Assembly (NCBI GenBank): GCA_900318915.1
Contig: ONMI01000012.1
Coordinates: forward strand, 15,515 to 79,514
Length of the DNA stretch: 64,000 nt
From: an uncultured Prevotellaceae bacterium
Lineage (GTDB): Bacteria > Bacteroidota > Bacteroidia > Bacteroidales > Bacteroidaceae
Direction: 5' to 3'
The notes beneath the pieces are model-generated. The model had not been told where the DNA came from. It did no database searches and saw only the letters and a program-made list of their open reading frames with translations. Positions 39,447-49,497 of the stretch are shown in pieces; within the stretch, counting starts at the first letter, position 1, and every line of letters begins with the position of its first letter. A program made the translations under genes and the position numbers.

Positions 39447-40226
39447 ATGAGCACCATTATCTATCCTTCACCCATTTTCGGCCCCGTCCACAGCCGTCGC
39501 CTCGGCATCTCACTTGGCATCAACCTGCAGCCCGGCGACGGCAAGGTTTGCTCCTTCGACTGCATCTACTGCGAGTGCGGATTCAACAGCGACCACCGTC
39601 CCCACCAGCCGCGTCCCTCGCGGCAGCAGGTGGCACAGGCCCTGGAACAGAAACTGAAGGAGATGAAAGCCGAGGGTGTGCATCCCGATGTGCTTACCTT
39701 TGCCGGCAACGGCGAACCGACCGGGCACCCCGACTTTGCCGGCATCATAGACGATACGCTGCGGTTGCGCGACCTGTACGCCCCGCAGGCCAAGGTGTCG
39801 GTGCTGAGCAATGCCACCTATCTGGACCGTCCCGCTGTGCATGAGGCCCTGCTGCGGGTGGACAACAACATACAGAAGCTCGACACCGTCAACCCGGCCT
39901 ATATCGCCCGCCTCGACCGTCCGGTGAGTCCGCGCTACCGGGTGGAGCAGGTGATAGAGCGTCTGAAGGACTTCCAGGGCAAGGTCATCGTGCAGACCAT
40001 GTTCCTCACCGGTATCGTCGACGGCGTTGACCTCGACAACACCGGCGACGCCTATGTGCAGCCCTGGCTGGAGGCTCTGCGCCGCATCGCCCCGCAGCAG
40101 GTCATGATCTACACTATCGACCGTGAGACCCCCGACCCCCGCCTCAGAAAGGCCAGCGCCGCCTCTCTCGATGCCATCTGCCTCAAGGTGCAGGCCGCCG
40201 GTTTCCCCTGCTCCGTCTCGTATTAG
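39447..40226 (+). CDS. Radical SAM protein
   Basis: CSFDCIYC (CxxxCxxC), GPVHSRRLG, GNGEPT. Confidence 0.92.
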   Translation: MSTIIYPSPIFGPVHSRRLGISLGINLQPGDGKVCSFDCIYCECGFNSDHRPHQPRPSRQQVAQALEQKLKEMKAEGVHPDVLTFAGNGEPTGHPDFAGIIDDTLRLRDLYAPQAKVSVLSNATYLDRPAVHEALLRVDNNIQKLDTVNPAYIARLDRPVSPRYRVEQVIERLKDFQGKVIVQTMFLTGIVDGVDLDNTGDAYVQPWLEALRRIAPQQVMIYTIDRETPDPRLRKASAASLDAICLKVQAAGFPCSVSY

Positions 40227-40294
40227 AAGTTAAGACTTCCCAAGGTATTGTCTCCACTCCTACATTCCTACCTCCAACACTCCTGAAAAAACAT

Positions 40295-43200
40295 ATGTCT
40301 GCACCCCTACACTCCTCCAGCCCTACCTCTCCTGAAAAAGGCACTCCTGAGACCGCCCTCCTCACCCTCCGTCACCTGCCTTGCCTCAATTACGCCATGG
40401 CAGTGAACGGCCGCCGGTGCATTGAAACCTGCGAACTGACCAACGACACCGGCGAAGACTGGTGCCAGGTGCACATCTCCCTGAATGGCGAACTCATTCA
40501 GCCGGCCGAAGCATGGATAGACCGTGTGCCGGCGGGCGCCACCGTCAGTGTCGATAAGATAGATGTCACCGCCGATGTCGACAAACTGCGCGACTTGTCC
40601 GAGAGCACCCCCACACAGTTCACCGCCCGTGTCATGATAGGCGATGAGGAGGTGTGCGCCCGGACCTGCGAGATACGTCTGCTGGCCTTCGACGAGTGGC
40701 CGGGCATCGGTGTCATGCCGGAGACCACCGCCGCCTTCGTCACCCCCAACGCCCCCGAACTGGCCGACGTGAGGATGGAGACGGCGAAATTCCTGAGCCG
40801 CTTCACCGGGTCGTCCTCTCTCGATGCCTACCAGACACAGGACCCCAACCGCGTGCGGGCGCAGGTGGCCGCCGTCTACGAGGCGTTGCGCAGCGTGGGC
40901 ATGGTCTATGTCACTCCGCCCGCCAGCTTCGAGGAGAGCGGACAGCGCCTCCGCCTCACCGACAAGGTGCTGGCCGAGAAGATGGGCACCTGTGCCGACC
41001 TCTCTGTGCTCTATGCCTCGGTGTTGGAGAGCATGGGGCTGCGGCCCCTGCTCATCATGTGCCGCGGACACATGTTCGTGGGGTGTTGGCTCGTGGAGAA
41101 ATTCTACCCGCAGGTCTACTGCGACGACGCCAGTTTCCTCTCCAAGTCGATGGCCAACGGCATCAACGAACTGGTGCTCGTAGAGGCCACCATGCTCACA
41201 CAGCCCAATGTGTCCTTCGAAATGGCCGTGCAGGCCGCCGAGCGGCACATCTATGGCGAGGCGCCCGACTTCATCATGGCGCTCGACATACACCGCTGCC
41301 GCATGGAGGGCATAAGGCCCCTCCCCGTCAAGGTCGACGGCGTGTGGCAGCAGGAGGGGCTCCAGCTCGACCATGCCACCCACGGCGTGAAGGAGCAGAC
41401 GCAGTACGACCTGCCCGCGCAGGAGGCTGCCCGCAACGCCACCCGCCTGGAGATATGGGAGCGCAAACTGCTCGACTTCTCCCTGCGCAACAACTTGCTC
41501 AACTTGCGGCTCGGCCGCCGCACCATCCCCTTCATCTCCATCGATATCGACCTTCTCGAAGACCACCTGCAAGCCAAGGAAGACTATCTCATCCTGCCCT
41601 GCCCGGGCACCGAGAAGATACGGCCCGACGAGAGCGGCATGTACCAGTCGAAGGTGCACAGCCAGGGCCTGGAGCAGATTGTCACCGAGGCCATGAAGAG
41701 CCACCACCTGTGTTCCTACCTGCAGCAGGACGAGCTGACAGAGATTCTGAAAAAACTATACCGCGACTCGCGAACGGCCATGGAGGAGAACGGTGCCAAC
41801 ACCCTCTACATGGTGCTGGGCCTGCTCAAGTGGTACGAGACGGAGCGCAGCGTGAAGCCGCGCTATGCCCCCCTGCTGCTCCTGCCCGTGACCGTCGTGA
41901 AGAAGAGCGGCAACAACTACGTGCTGCGCGTGCGCGACGAGGACATCACCTTCAACACCACCCTCGTGGAGATGATGCGACAGCAGTATGACCTCCACCT
42001 CACCGGACTCACCCCGCTGCCCACCGACGACTCGGGCATCGACGTGCTCAAGGTGTTCGCCATCGTACGTTCCTGCCTCAAGGCCCACCCGCGCTGGGAC
42101 ATCGTCGAGGAGAGCCTGCTCAGCCTCTTCTCCTTCAGTAAGTTCGTGATGTGGAACGATATTCACAACAATGCCGACAAACTGCGGCAGAACGACATCA
42201 TAGAGAGCCTCATACAGAAGCGGCTGGTGAACAGCGAGGGCAAGGCCGACACCGACACGCGCTCGCTCGACAAGACGATGGAGCCGGCCCGCTTCGCCAT
42301 ACCCGTCGATGTAGACTCCTCACAGCTCGAGGCGGTGATTGAGAGCGGCGAGGGACGCAGCTTCATCCTCTACGGACCTCCGGGCACAGGCAAGAGCCAG
42401 ACCATCACCAACATGATAGCCAATGCGCTCTACCACAACCGCCGTGTGCTCTTCGTGGCCGAGAAGATGGCGGCCCTCGAGGTGGTGCAGAAACGCCTGG
42501 CCCGCATCGGCCTCGATCCGTTCTGCCTCGAGATGCACTCCAACAAGATGACGAAGGCTCACCTGCTGCAGCAGTTGCAGAAGGCGCTCGACGTGACGCG
42601 CCTCAAGTCGTCGTCTGAATATGCCGACGAGTCGCAGCGACTTTTCCAACAGCGCCAGAAGCTCATCGCCCATATCGAGCGCCTGCACCGCCGGCAGCAC
42701 TGCGGCCTCTCCCTCTACGACATGATAACGCGCTACCTGGCGGTCGATGGAGACGACGACCTCGTCATGGACCCCCTCTTCCTGCAGGAGACCACCGCCG
42801 AGCGGATAGCGGAAGCCGAGGCCGCCCTGCGGCAGCTGGCTACCGTGTTCGACATCACGGGCGACCCTGCCGTACACCCCTTGAAGGGGCTGGAGGTGAC
42901 CGACCCCACCGTGGGCGCACAGACCCAAATAGTGGACTGCCTGAACCAATTGCGGCCGCTGCTGGCCGAGGCACAGCGCCAGCTCACGCTGCTGGCCAAC
43001 AGCAACGGCCTCCTTATAGCCGCCACCCCCGAGGGGGTACGGTGGGCACAGCAGTTGGCCGACACCGCCGCCGCCATGCCCGCCCTCAGCGAGGCCCTGC
43101 TCCGCACCGTGGCCGACGACCGGCTGAAGGCCGCCATACAGGAGAAGATACAGCAGGGCCTGGCGCGCGATACCGCCCGGGCGCAACTGCTCCAGCAGGG

Positions 43201-46186
43201 CAGCCCCGAACTGCTCACCCAGCCCTTGGCACAGTTGCGGGCCGAGTGGGCGGAGGCCTGCGGCAAGTGGCTGCTGCCGCGTTTCTTCGCCAAGCGAAGC
43301 TTTGTGAAGCGCCTACGGCCGCTCTCTCCGTCGCTCTCGGCCACCAATGTGGAGCAACTTTTCGAACTGATGGAGCGCTATCAGAGCGCCCAGCAGATGG
43401 TCGACGACGCTCACGCCGAGATGGAACAGGTGTTCGGCCCGCTGGCCGCCGCCGGCTCCGAACGGTGGAACGACATGCAGCGCAGCTTGGAAAGCGCACC
43501 TCAGGTGCTGCAGTTGCTGCAGCAGAACGGTACCCCGCTGGCCGGTCTCGCTCTGCTGTCGAAAGACCATGTGCTGGGTGTCGACCTGAGCGCTGTGCGG
43601 CGCTTCAACCAGGTCTGTGCCGCTATGGCTCCCTATGCCACCGTGGCCTCTGGTGTCACGCTCGACGAGATGACACAGCGCCTGGAGCAGTGGACCGGCA
43701 ACATACACCTCACCCGCGACTGGGCCCAGTGGACCACCCGCAAGGCGAGTCTGCGCGAGGGCCATCTGGAGCCGCTCGTCCGCTATATTGAGCAGGGCCA
43801 CGACAGCGCGCAGGCCGCCGACGCCATGCTGCGCTCCACCTACAAGACGCTGGCCCTGGGCGTGATTGACGCCGACCCCGCCCTGAGCATGTTCAACGGC
43901 CAACTCTTCGAGACCGCCATCGACCAGTACCGACAGACTGCGCGCCACTTCCAGGAACTCACCAAGAAAGCCCTCTACTGCCAGTTGGCCTCACGCATCC
44001 CCTCGCTCACCATCGAGGCGGCCAACAGCTCGGAGATGGGCATCCTGAAGCGGTGCATCGCCTCCGGTGGCCGCAACACTTCCATCCGCAACATCCTCGA
44101 CCAGATACCCACCTTGCTGCCCAAACTGTGCCCCTGCATGCTCATGAGCCCCATCTCCGTGGCGCAGTTCATCGACCTCGACCAGGAGAAGTTCGACCTC
44201 GTGGTGTTCGACGAGGCCTCGCAGATGCCCACGAGCGAGGCGGTGGGCGCCATTGCGCGCGGCAAGGCTGTCATCGTGGTGGGCGACCCCAAGCAGATGC
44301 CGCCCACCAGCTTCTTCACTTCCAACCAGGTGGACGAGGGTGATGCCGAGAACGATGACATGGAGAGCATACTCGACGACTGCATCACGCTCTCGTTGCC
44401 CGACCACTACCTCACCTGGCACTACCGCAGCCGCCACGAGAGCCTCATCGCCTTCAGCAACGCACAGTATTACGACGGCAAACTCTACACCTTCCCGTCG
44501 GTCGACGACAGGGTATCGAAGGTGCAGTTCGTGAGCATCGACGGCACCTACGACATGGGACGCACACGCAGCAACCGCGCCGAGGCACAGGCCATCGTGG
44601 CCGAGACACTGCGGCGTCTCAAAGACCCGCGCCTCAAGGACCGCAGCATCGGCATAGTGGCCTTCAGCAAGGCGCAGCAGGACCTCATCGAGGATATTCT
44701 CGTGGAGGAACTGAGCAAGCAGCCCCAACTGGAAAGCGCCGCCTACGACAGCCCCGAGCCCATCTTCGTGAAGAACCTGGAGAATGTGCAGGGCGACGAG
44801 CGCGACATCATCCTCTTCTCCGTGGGATACGGCCCCGACCGCAACGGCAGGGTGTCGATGAACTTCGGACCGCTCAACAACCGCGGCGGCGAGCGGCGCC
44901 TCAATGTGGCGGTGAGCCGCGCCCGGTATGAGATGATGGTGTTCTCCACCATGCAGCCCGAGCAGATAGATCTGAACCGCAGCCGCGCCCGGGGTGTGGA
45001 GGGACTGAAGCGCTTCCTCGAGTTTGCCAAGAACGGCCGCATGTCGGTGGCCTCCGACCAGTTCACCCAGCAGCACGACACGGCTCTGATGGACGATGTG
45101 GCCCGCGAGCTCACCGCCCAGGGCTACAAGGTGGACAAACAGGTGGGCCGCTCGCGCTTCAAGGTAGACCTGGCCGTGCTCGACCCCGACAACGAGGGGC
45201 AGTATCTGCTGGGCCTGCTCTGCGACGGCACCGGCTATTACAGCACAAGCACCGAGCGCGACCGAGAGATTTGCCAGCCGGGCGTGCTGGCCGGACTGGG
45301 GTGGCAACTAATGCGTATATGGAGTGTCGACTGGCTGCTCAACAAGCAGCGCGTCGTCAGCAAGATTCTGGAGCGTCTGGAGCAGGTCAAGGAGGAGAAA
45401 CGGCAGGCGCAGACCGAGGCCGAAGCCGCCGCAGAAGAACTGCCTGCAGAGGCATCGCCCGCCGGGCAGTCCAACACCGGACAGTCGGCCGCTGGGCAGT
45501 CCGCCGAAAAGACGTCCAGTCCCTCCGCCGGAAAATCAGGAAAAAGAGGAAATGAGATGATGGCCGGTCTGGCCGATATTCCTTTCGAGGTGAGCAAGGA
45601 CGAAATCTTGACAGCCCCCGACAACAAGTTGGCCACGGTCTACAAACCCTATCAACTGCTTTATCCCATCAAGGCCACGGAGTCGAGGTCGGTGAGAGAC
45701 CTGGCGGGCACTCCCCGTCGTACGGCCCAGGATGTGCAGTGTGTGGTGATGAAGGAGCAGCCGGTGCTCCTGAGCGTGATATGCGACCGCATGAAGGCGG
45801 GTTACAACATGGCAGGCCGCTGCAACGGTCTGCGCGAGTTGGTGGAGCGGTCGGCCGCCGGCTGCTACCGCGACCCCTTCTCCGACCCCGCCAACCCCAC
45901 CTACTGGAAGAGCGAGGCCGACGCCGCCCAGTACAAGGGCTACCGCACCGGCACCGCCCGTGAGATGGCCGACATACCCGTGGTGGAGATTATGAATGTG
46001 GTGGTAATGGCGGTGGAGCAGCAAGTCTCCATCTCCGAGGAAGACCTGAAGCGGCAGGTGCCCCGTCTGCTCGGCTTCGCCCGCCGCACCATCAAGAGCG
46101 ACCAGCTCGTCACCGCCGCCATCGGGCATCTGTGCCGCACCGGCCGCCTCCAGCTGGTCGATGGCTTCCTAAAAAGCAATGAATAA
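40295..46186 (+). CDS. DUF4011 / SF1 (UPF1-like) helicase / Vsr-like nuclease / DUF3320 protein, Hhe-like anti-phage candidate
   Basis: WERKLLDFSLRNNLL (DUF4011), GPPGTGKSQT, FDEASQ, GDPKQMPP, HYRS, QGDERD, RRLNVAVSRAR, VDLAV..CDG..GWQLMRIWS. Confidence 0.85.
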   Translation: MSAPLHSSSPTSPEKGTPETALLTLRHLPCLNYAMAVNGRRCIETCELTNDTGEDWCQVHISLNGELIQPAEAWIDRVPAGATVSVDKIDVTADVDKLRDLSESTPTQFTARVMIGDEEVCARTCEIRLLAFDEWPGIGVMPETTAAFVTPNAPELADVRMETAKFLSRFTGSSSLDAYQTQDPNRVRAQVAAVYEALRSVGMVYVTPPASFEESGQRLRLTDKVLAEKMGTCADLSVLYASVLESMGLRPLLIMCRGHMFVGCWLVEKFYPQVYCDDASFLSKSMANGINELVLVEATMLTQPNVSFEMAVQAAERHIYGEAPDFIMALDIHRCRMEGIRPLPVKVDGVWQQEGLQLDHATHGVKEQTQYDLPAQEAARNATRLEIWERKLLDFSLRNNLLNLRLGRRTIPFISIDIDLLEDHLQAKEDYLILPCPGTEKIRPDESGMYQSKVHSQGLEQIVTEAMKSHHLCSYLQQDELTEILKKLYRDSRTAMEENGANTLYMVLGLLKWYETERSVKPRYAPLLLLPVTVVKKSGNNYVLRVRDEDITFNTTLVEMMRQQYDLHLTGLTPLPTDDSGIDVLKVFAIVRSCLKAHPRWDIVEESLLSLFSFSKFVMWNDIHNNADKLRQNDIIESLIQKRLVNSEGKADTDTRSLDKTMEPARFAIPVDVDSSQLEAVIESGEGRSFILYGPPGTGKSQTITNMIANALYHNRRVLFVAEKMAALEVVQKRLARIGLDPFCLEMHSNKMTKAHLLQQLQKALDVTRLKSSSEYADESQRLFQQRQKLIAHIERLHRRQHCGLSLYDMITRYLAVDGDDDLVMDPLFLQETTAERIAEAEAALRQLATVFDITGDPAVHPLKGLEVTDPTVGAQTQIVDCLNQLRPLLAEAQRQLTLLANSNGLLIAATPEGVRWAQQLADTAAAMPALSEALLRTVADDRLKAAIQEKIQQGLARDTARAQLLQQGSPELLTQPLAQLRAEWAEACGKWLLPRFFAKRSFVKRLRPLSPSLSATNVEQLFELMERYQSAQQMVDDAHAEMEQVFGPLAAAGSERWNDMQRSLESAPQVLQLLQQNGTPLAGLALLSKDHVLGVDLSAVRRFNQVCAAMAPYATVASGVTLDEMTQRLEQWTGNIHLTRDWAQWTTRKASLREGHLEPLVRYIEQGHDSAQAADAMLRSTYKTLALGVIDADPALSMFNGQLFETAIDQYRQTARHFQELTKKALYCQLASRIPSLTIEAANSSEMGILKRCIASGGRNTSIRNILDQIPTLLPKLCPCMLMSPISVAQFIDLDQEKFDLVVFDEASQMPTSEAVGAIARGKAVIVVGDPKQMPPTSFFTSNQVDEGDAENDDMESILDDCITLSLPDHYLTWHYRSRHESLIAFSNAQYYDGKLYTFPSVDDRVSKVQFVSIDGTYDMGRTRSNRAEAQAIVAETLRRLKDPRLKDRSIGIVAFSKAQQDLIEDILVEELSKQPQLESAAYDSPEPIFVKNLENVQGDERDIILFSVGYGPDRNGRVSMNFGPLNNRGGERRLNVAVSRARYEMMVFSTMQPEQIDLNRSRARGVEGLKRFLEFAKNGRMSVASDQFTQQHDTALMDDVARELTAQGYKVDKQVGRSRFKVDLAVLDPDNEGQYLLGLLCDGTGYYSTSTERDREICQPGVLAGLGWQLMRIWSVDWLLNKQRVVSKILERLEQVKEEKRQAQTEAEAAAEELPAEASPAGQSNTGQSAAGQSAEKTSSPSAGKSGKRGNEMMAGLADIPFEVSKDEILTAPDNKLATVYKPYQLLYPIKATESRSVRDLAGTPRRTAQDVQCVVMKEQPVLLSVICDRMKAGYNMAGRCNGLRELVERSAAGCYRDPFSDPANPTYWKSEADAAQYKGYRTGTAREMADIPVVEIMNVVVMAVEQQVSISEEDLKRQVPRLLGFARRTIKSDQLVTAAIGHLCRTGRLQLVDGFLKSNE

Positions 46187-46195
46187 GAGGCTTTT

Positions 46196-46339
46196 CTAGG
46201 GCCTCTAGGGCCTCTAGGGCCTCTAGGGCTTCTAGGGCCTCTAGCCCATCTAGAGCTTCTAGGGCTTCTAGGGCCTCTAGCTCATCTAGAGCTTCTAGGG
46301 CTTCTAGAGCCTCTAGCCCATCTAGAGCCTCTAGCTCAT
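46196..46339. repeat. 16 tandem 9-bp units each starting CTAG
   Basis: ctagggcct/ctagggctt/ctagcccat/ctagagctt/ctagctcat/ctagagcct units between convergent stop codons. Confidence 0.95.
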
Positions 46340-48243
46340 CATTTTATCAGTTTCAGCCGCAGGCTGTTCAGCACCACGCTCACGCTCGAGAAAGCCATGA
46401 GCGCACTGGCCCACATGGGTGTAATCTGAAACGGCACCCCCACCAGACGCAGCGCGCCGGCGGCCAGGGGTATGCAGGCCAGGTTGTAGATAAAAGCCCA
46501 GAACAGATTCTGGTGCACCATGCGCACCGTCTGCCTCGAAAGCCTTATCAGGTCGGCCACGCGCCGCAGGTCGGTGCCCATGAGTGTCACCTGGGCCACA
46601 TCCATGGCCACATCGGTGCCCTTGCCCATGGCTATGCTCACATCGGCGGCCGCCAGGGCCTGCGTGTCGTTGATGCCGTCGCCCATCATGGCCACCGTCT
46701 TTCCCTCAGCCTGCAACTGCCTCACCAGGTCTTCCTTGTCCTGCGGCAGAACACCGCTGCGATGGTGCTCTATGCCCACCTTGCGGGCCCAGTAGTCCAC
46801 AGCCTCTTCCTTGTCGCCGCTCATCAGATACACTGTCACCCCCTCCTGCGCCAGGGCCTGCATGGCCTCGGCAGCGTGGGGCTTCAGCGTCTCGCGTTCC
46901 TCAGGGGCCAACTGTGCCGCCTGGCGGAAGTCGACATCGGGCTTGGGCACGGTGAGCGTGCCGGTCTTGTCGATGACGAGTGCGTCTACTTTGCGCACCT
47001 GTTCCAGGGCGGTGGCGTCGCGCACCAGCACATTCTTCTGCGCCGCCTTTCCCACGGCCACCATCAGGGCGGTGGGGGTGGCCAGTCCCAGGGCGCAGGG
47101 GCAGGCTATCACCAGCACGGAGACGGCCGACAGCAGTGCTTCCGGCAGACGGTCCGTGCCGCCCACGGCGAGCCATATAAGCAAGGTGAGCATGGCTATG
47201 CCCACCACCACGGGCACGAAGACGAGGGCCACGCGGTCCACCACCCGCTGCACGGGCGCTTTGGAGCCTTGCGCCTGCTGCACCATGCGTATGATTTGTG
47301 CCAGCATGGTCTGCTGGCACACCTGCCGCGCCTTCATGCGCAGACTGCCGTGGCTCACCACGGTGCCCGCCAGCACACGGTCGGCCGGCTGTTTCCTCAC
47401 CGGCACCGGTTCGCCGGTTATCATGGCTTCGTCTACATAGGCGTCGTCTTCGGTGAAGACATCGCCGTCGACGGGTATCTTCTCTCCCTGCCGCACCTCG
47501 ATGGTGTCGCCGCGCTCCAGGGTGGCCACGGGCACCTCGCTCAGTTCGCCGCCGCTCACCAGTCGCGCCGTTTTGGGCGCCATGCCCATGAGCTGTCTGA
47601 TGGCCGATGCGGTGCTGTTCTTGGCACGCTCTTCGAGCCACCGTCCGGTGAGTACGAAGGTGATAATCATGACCGAGGCGTCGAAGTAGGTGTGCCACTC
47701 GATGCCCCTGGTGCCCCACACGGCATCGCCGGCGAAGGTGTTGAAGGTGCTGAAGAGGAACGACACCGCCGTGCTCAGCGCCACGAGGGTGTCCATATTG
47801 GCCGAGGCGTGCGTCAGTTGGCGCCAGGCCGTGGCATAGAACTCCCGTCCGCAGAACCAGAGGTTGGCGGCGGCGATGATGAGCAGCACTTGGTTGGTGA
47901 AGTCGCGCCCTCCTATGTGTATCCATCCCATGGAGAGCGCCATGGTGAGCAGTGCGAAGGCCCAGGAGAGCAGCACCTTCCTGCTGAGCAGCTGCATGCG
48001 CCGGCGCTCTATCTGCGTCACGCTCACCTCGGTGTCGGTGATGAGGTCGTAGCCGGCGTCGGCCAGTTTCTCTTTCATGGCGTCGGGCGATACCCGTTGC
48101 TCGTCGTATTCCACGGTCACGGTGCGCCCGGCCAGGTTGGCGGCGGCGCTGTTCACGCCGTCCATAGCAGCCAGTGTGCGTTCCACCTTGGCCGAGCAGG
48201 CGGCGCACATCATTCCCACGATGGGAAGGGTTTTCTGAAGCAT
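46339..48243 (-). CDS. copA: Cu(I)-type P1B heavy-metal ATPase lacking most of the N (nucleotide-binding) domain
   Basis: GMMCAAC HMA, TGE, CPC, DKTGT, GDGIND, YN and MxxSS; no SEHP/N-domain. Confidence 0.85.
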   Translation of the reverse strand: MLQKTLPIVGMMCAACSAKVERTLAAMDGVNSAAANLAGRTVTVEYDEQRVSPDAMKEKLADAGYDLITDTEVSVTQIERRRMQLLSRKVLLSWAFALLTMALSMGWIHIGGRDFTNQVLLIIAAANLWFCGREFYATAWRQLTHASANMDTLVALSTAVSFLFSTFNTFAGDAVWGTRGIEWHTYFDASVMIITFVLTGRWLEERAKNSTASAIRQLMGMAPKTARLVSGGELSEVPVATLERGDTIEVRQGEKIPVDGDVFTEDDAYVDEAMITGEPVPVRKQPADRVLAGTVVSHGSLRMKARQVCQQTMLAQIIRMVQQAQGSKAPVQRVVDRVALVFVPVVVGIAMLTLLIWLAVGGTDRLPEALLSAVSVLVIACPCALGLATPTALMVAVGKAAQKNVLVRDATALEQVRKVDALVIDKTGTLTVPKPDVDFRQAAQLAPEERETLKPHAAEAMQALAQEGVTVYLMSGDKEEAVDYWARKVGIEHHRSGVLPQDKEDLVRQLQAEGKTVAMMGDGINDTQALAAADVSIAMGKGTDVAMDVAQVTLMGTDLRRVADLIRLSRQTVRMVHQNLFWAFIYNLACIPLAAGALRLVGVPFQITPMWASALMAFSSVSVVLNSLRLKLIK

Positions 48244-48247
48244 TCTG

Positions 48248-49357
48248 TTATTCCCTTCCTACCTCGTCGATGAGAATCTGTACGATGCGCTCGGCCGACC
48301 GTCCGTCCCATCGCTCGGGCAGCGAGTGTTTTTTCCATTGTCCGGCCACCATGTCGGCCAGGGTGTCGCGCAGCCGTTCGGCGTCCTCGCCCACGAGCAC
48401 GTTGGTGCCTTGGCGCACGGTCTCTATGTGTTCGGTGTAGCTGTTGAGCGTGATGCAGGGCACCCCGTTGAAGGTGGCCTCCTCGGCCACATTGCCCGAG
48501 TCGGTCACGATGCCCTTGGCGTGGGCGGTGAGATAGCCAAACTGCAGGTAGCTGAGCGGCTCAATGAGGTGGAAATGGTCGGTGTCGGCGTTGAGGGTGG
48601 TGAGCAGCTGCTCCACGGTGCTGCGGGCCAGACCGCGCAGGGGAGCCACCACGGGGCATCCCTGTGTGGTGTTCACGATAGCCTTCAGCATCTGCCGCAG
48701 GTTGGCGGTGTCGGCCACGAGGGCCTTCCGGTTCAGGGTGAACACGATGTATCCGCCGTCGGCCAGTTGCAGGCGGTCGGCCACTTCGGGTCGCTGCAGG
48801 CGGTTGCGGTTGAACCGCAGCGAGTCCATCAGTATGTTGCCCACCATATAGGTCTGCGAGAGGCTCACGCCCTCGCGCGACACGATGTTGTTGGCGCCCT
48901 CTCCGGCGGTGAAGAGAAAGTCGGACAGGCCGTCTATGACGAGGCGGTTTATCTCCTTGGGCATCTTGATGTCGAAGGAGCGGGTGCCGGCCACGAGGTG
49001 CGCCAGGCGTTTGCCCTGCTTCTTGGTCACGATGGCGGCTGCCATGGTCGAGGCCAGGTCGTCCACCACAATCACCACGTCGGTGTCATGCTGTTCCAGG
49101 TATTTCTCAAACTCGCCCATCACCCTTCCGGTCAGTTCGTTGAGGCTGGGGCAGTCCACCCCCAGATACACGGAGGGCGGTGCCATCTGCAGATCGTCGA
49201 AGAGCGAGGGCTCCAGGGTGGGGTCATCGGCCACACCGGCATAGACCAGGGTATAGCTGATATCGCGTCCCTGCTGTTGTGCTTTCTCCACGGCCCTGAC
49301 GATGGGGGCCACTTTCACGAAGTTGGGCCGTGCTCCGGCCACTATGCAAATATTCAT
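48248..49357 (-). CDS. UDP-N-acetylglucosamine 2-epimerase-like protein (divergent)
   Basis: [43 protein letters not shown]; start moved to MNICIV. Confidence 0.85.
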   Translation of the reverse strand: MNICIVAGARPNFVKVAPIVRAVEKAQQQGRDISYTLVYAGVADDPTLEPSLFDDLQMAPPSVYLGVDCPSLNELTGRVMGEFEKYLEQHDTDVVIVVDDLASTMAAAIVTKKQGKRLAHLVAGTRSFDIKMPKEINRLVIDGLSDFLFTAGEGANNIVSREGVSLSQTYMVGNILMDSLRFNRNRLQRPEVADRLQLADGGYIVFTLNRKALVADTANLRQMLKAIVNTTQGCPVVAPLRGLARSTVEQLLTTLNADTDHFHLIEPLSYLQFGYLTAHAKGIVTDSGNVAEEATFNGVPCITLNSYTEHIETVRQGTNVLVGEDAERLRDTLADMVAGQWKKHSLPERWDGRSAERIVQILIDEVGRE

Positions 49358-49389
49358 TTTCTTTTTGTCAGTTTCTTGTTTTTGTTTTG

Positions 49390-49497
49390 TCAGTATCTTC
49401 CGAGTATTCAGATTAGTCAGAGTCATCAGATTAGTCAGAGTCATCAGATTAGACAGAGTCATCAGATTATTCAGATTATTCCGAGTAATCAGAAGTC
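49390..49497. repeat. ~12 tandem 9-bp units (TCAGATTAG/TCAGAGTCA variants)
   Basis: Direct reading shows 9-nt periodicity merging into the 98-bp array. Confidence 0.85.

Noticed and set aside
49358-49462. N-terminal extension MTLSNLMTLTNL... of the epimerase
   Set aside because: Arises from the 9-bp tandem repeat; family similarity begins at MNICIV (49357)
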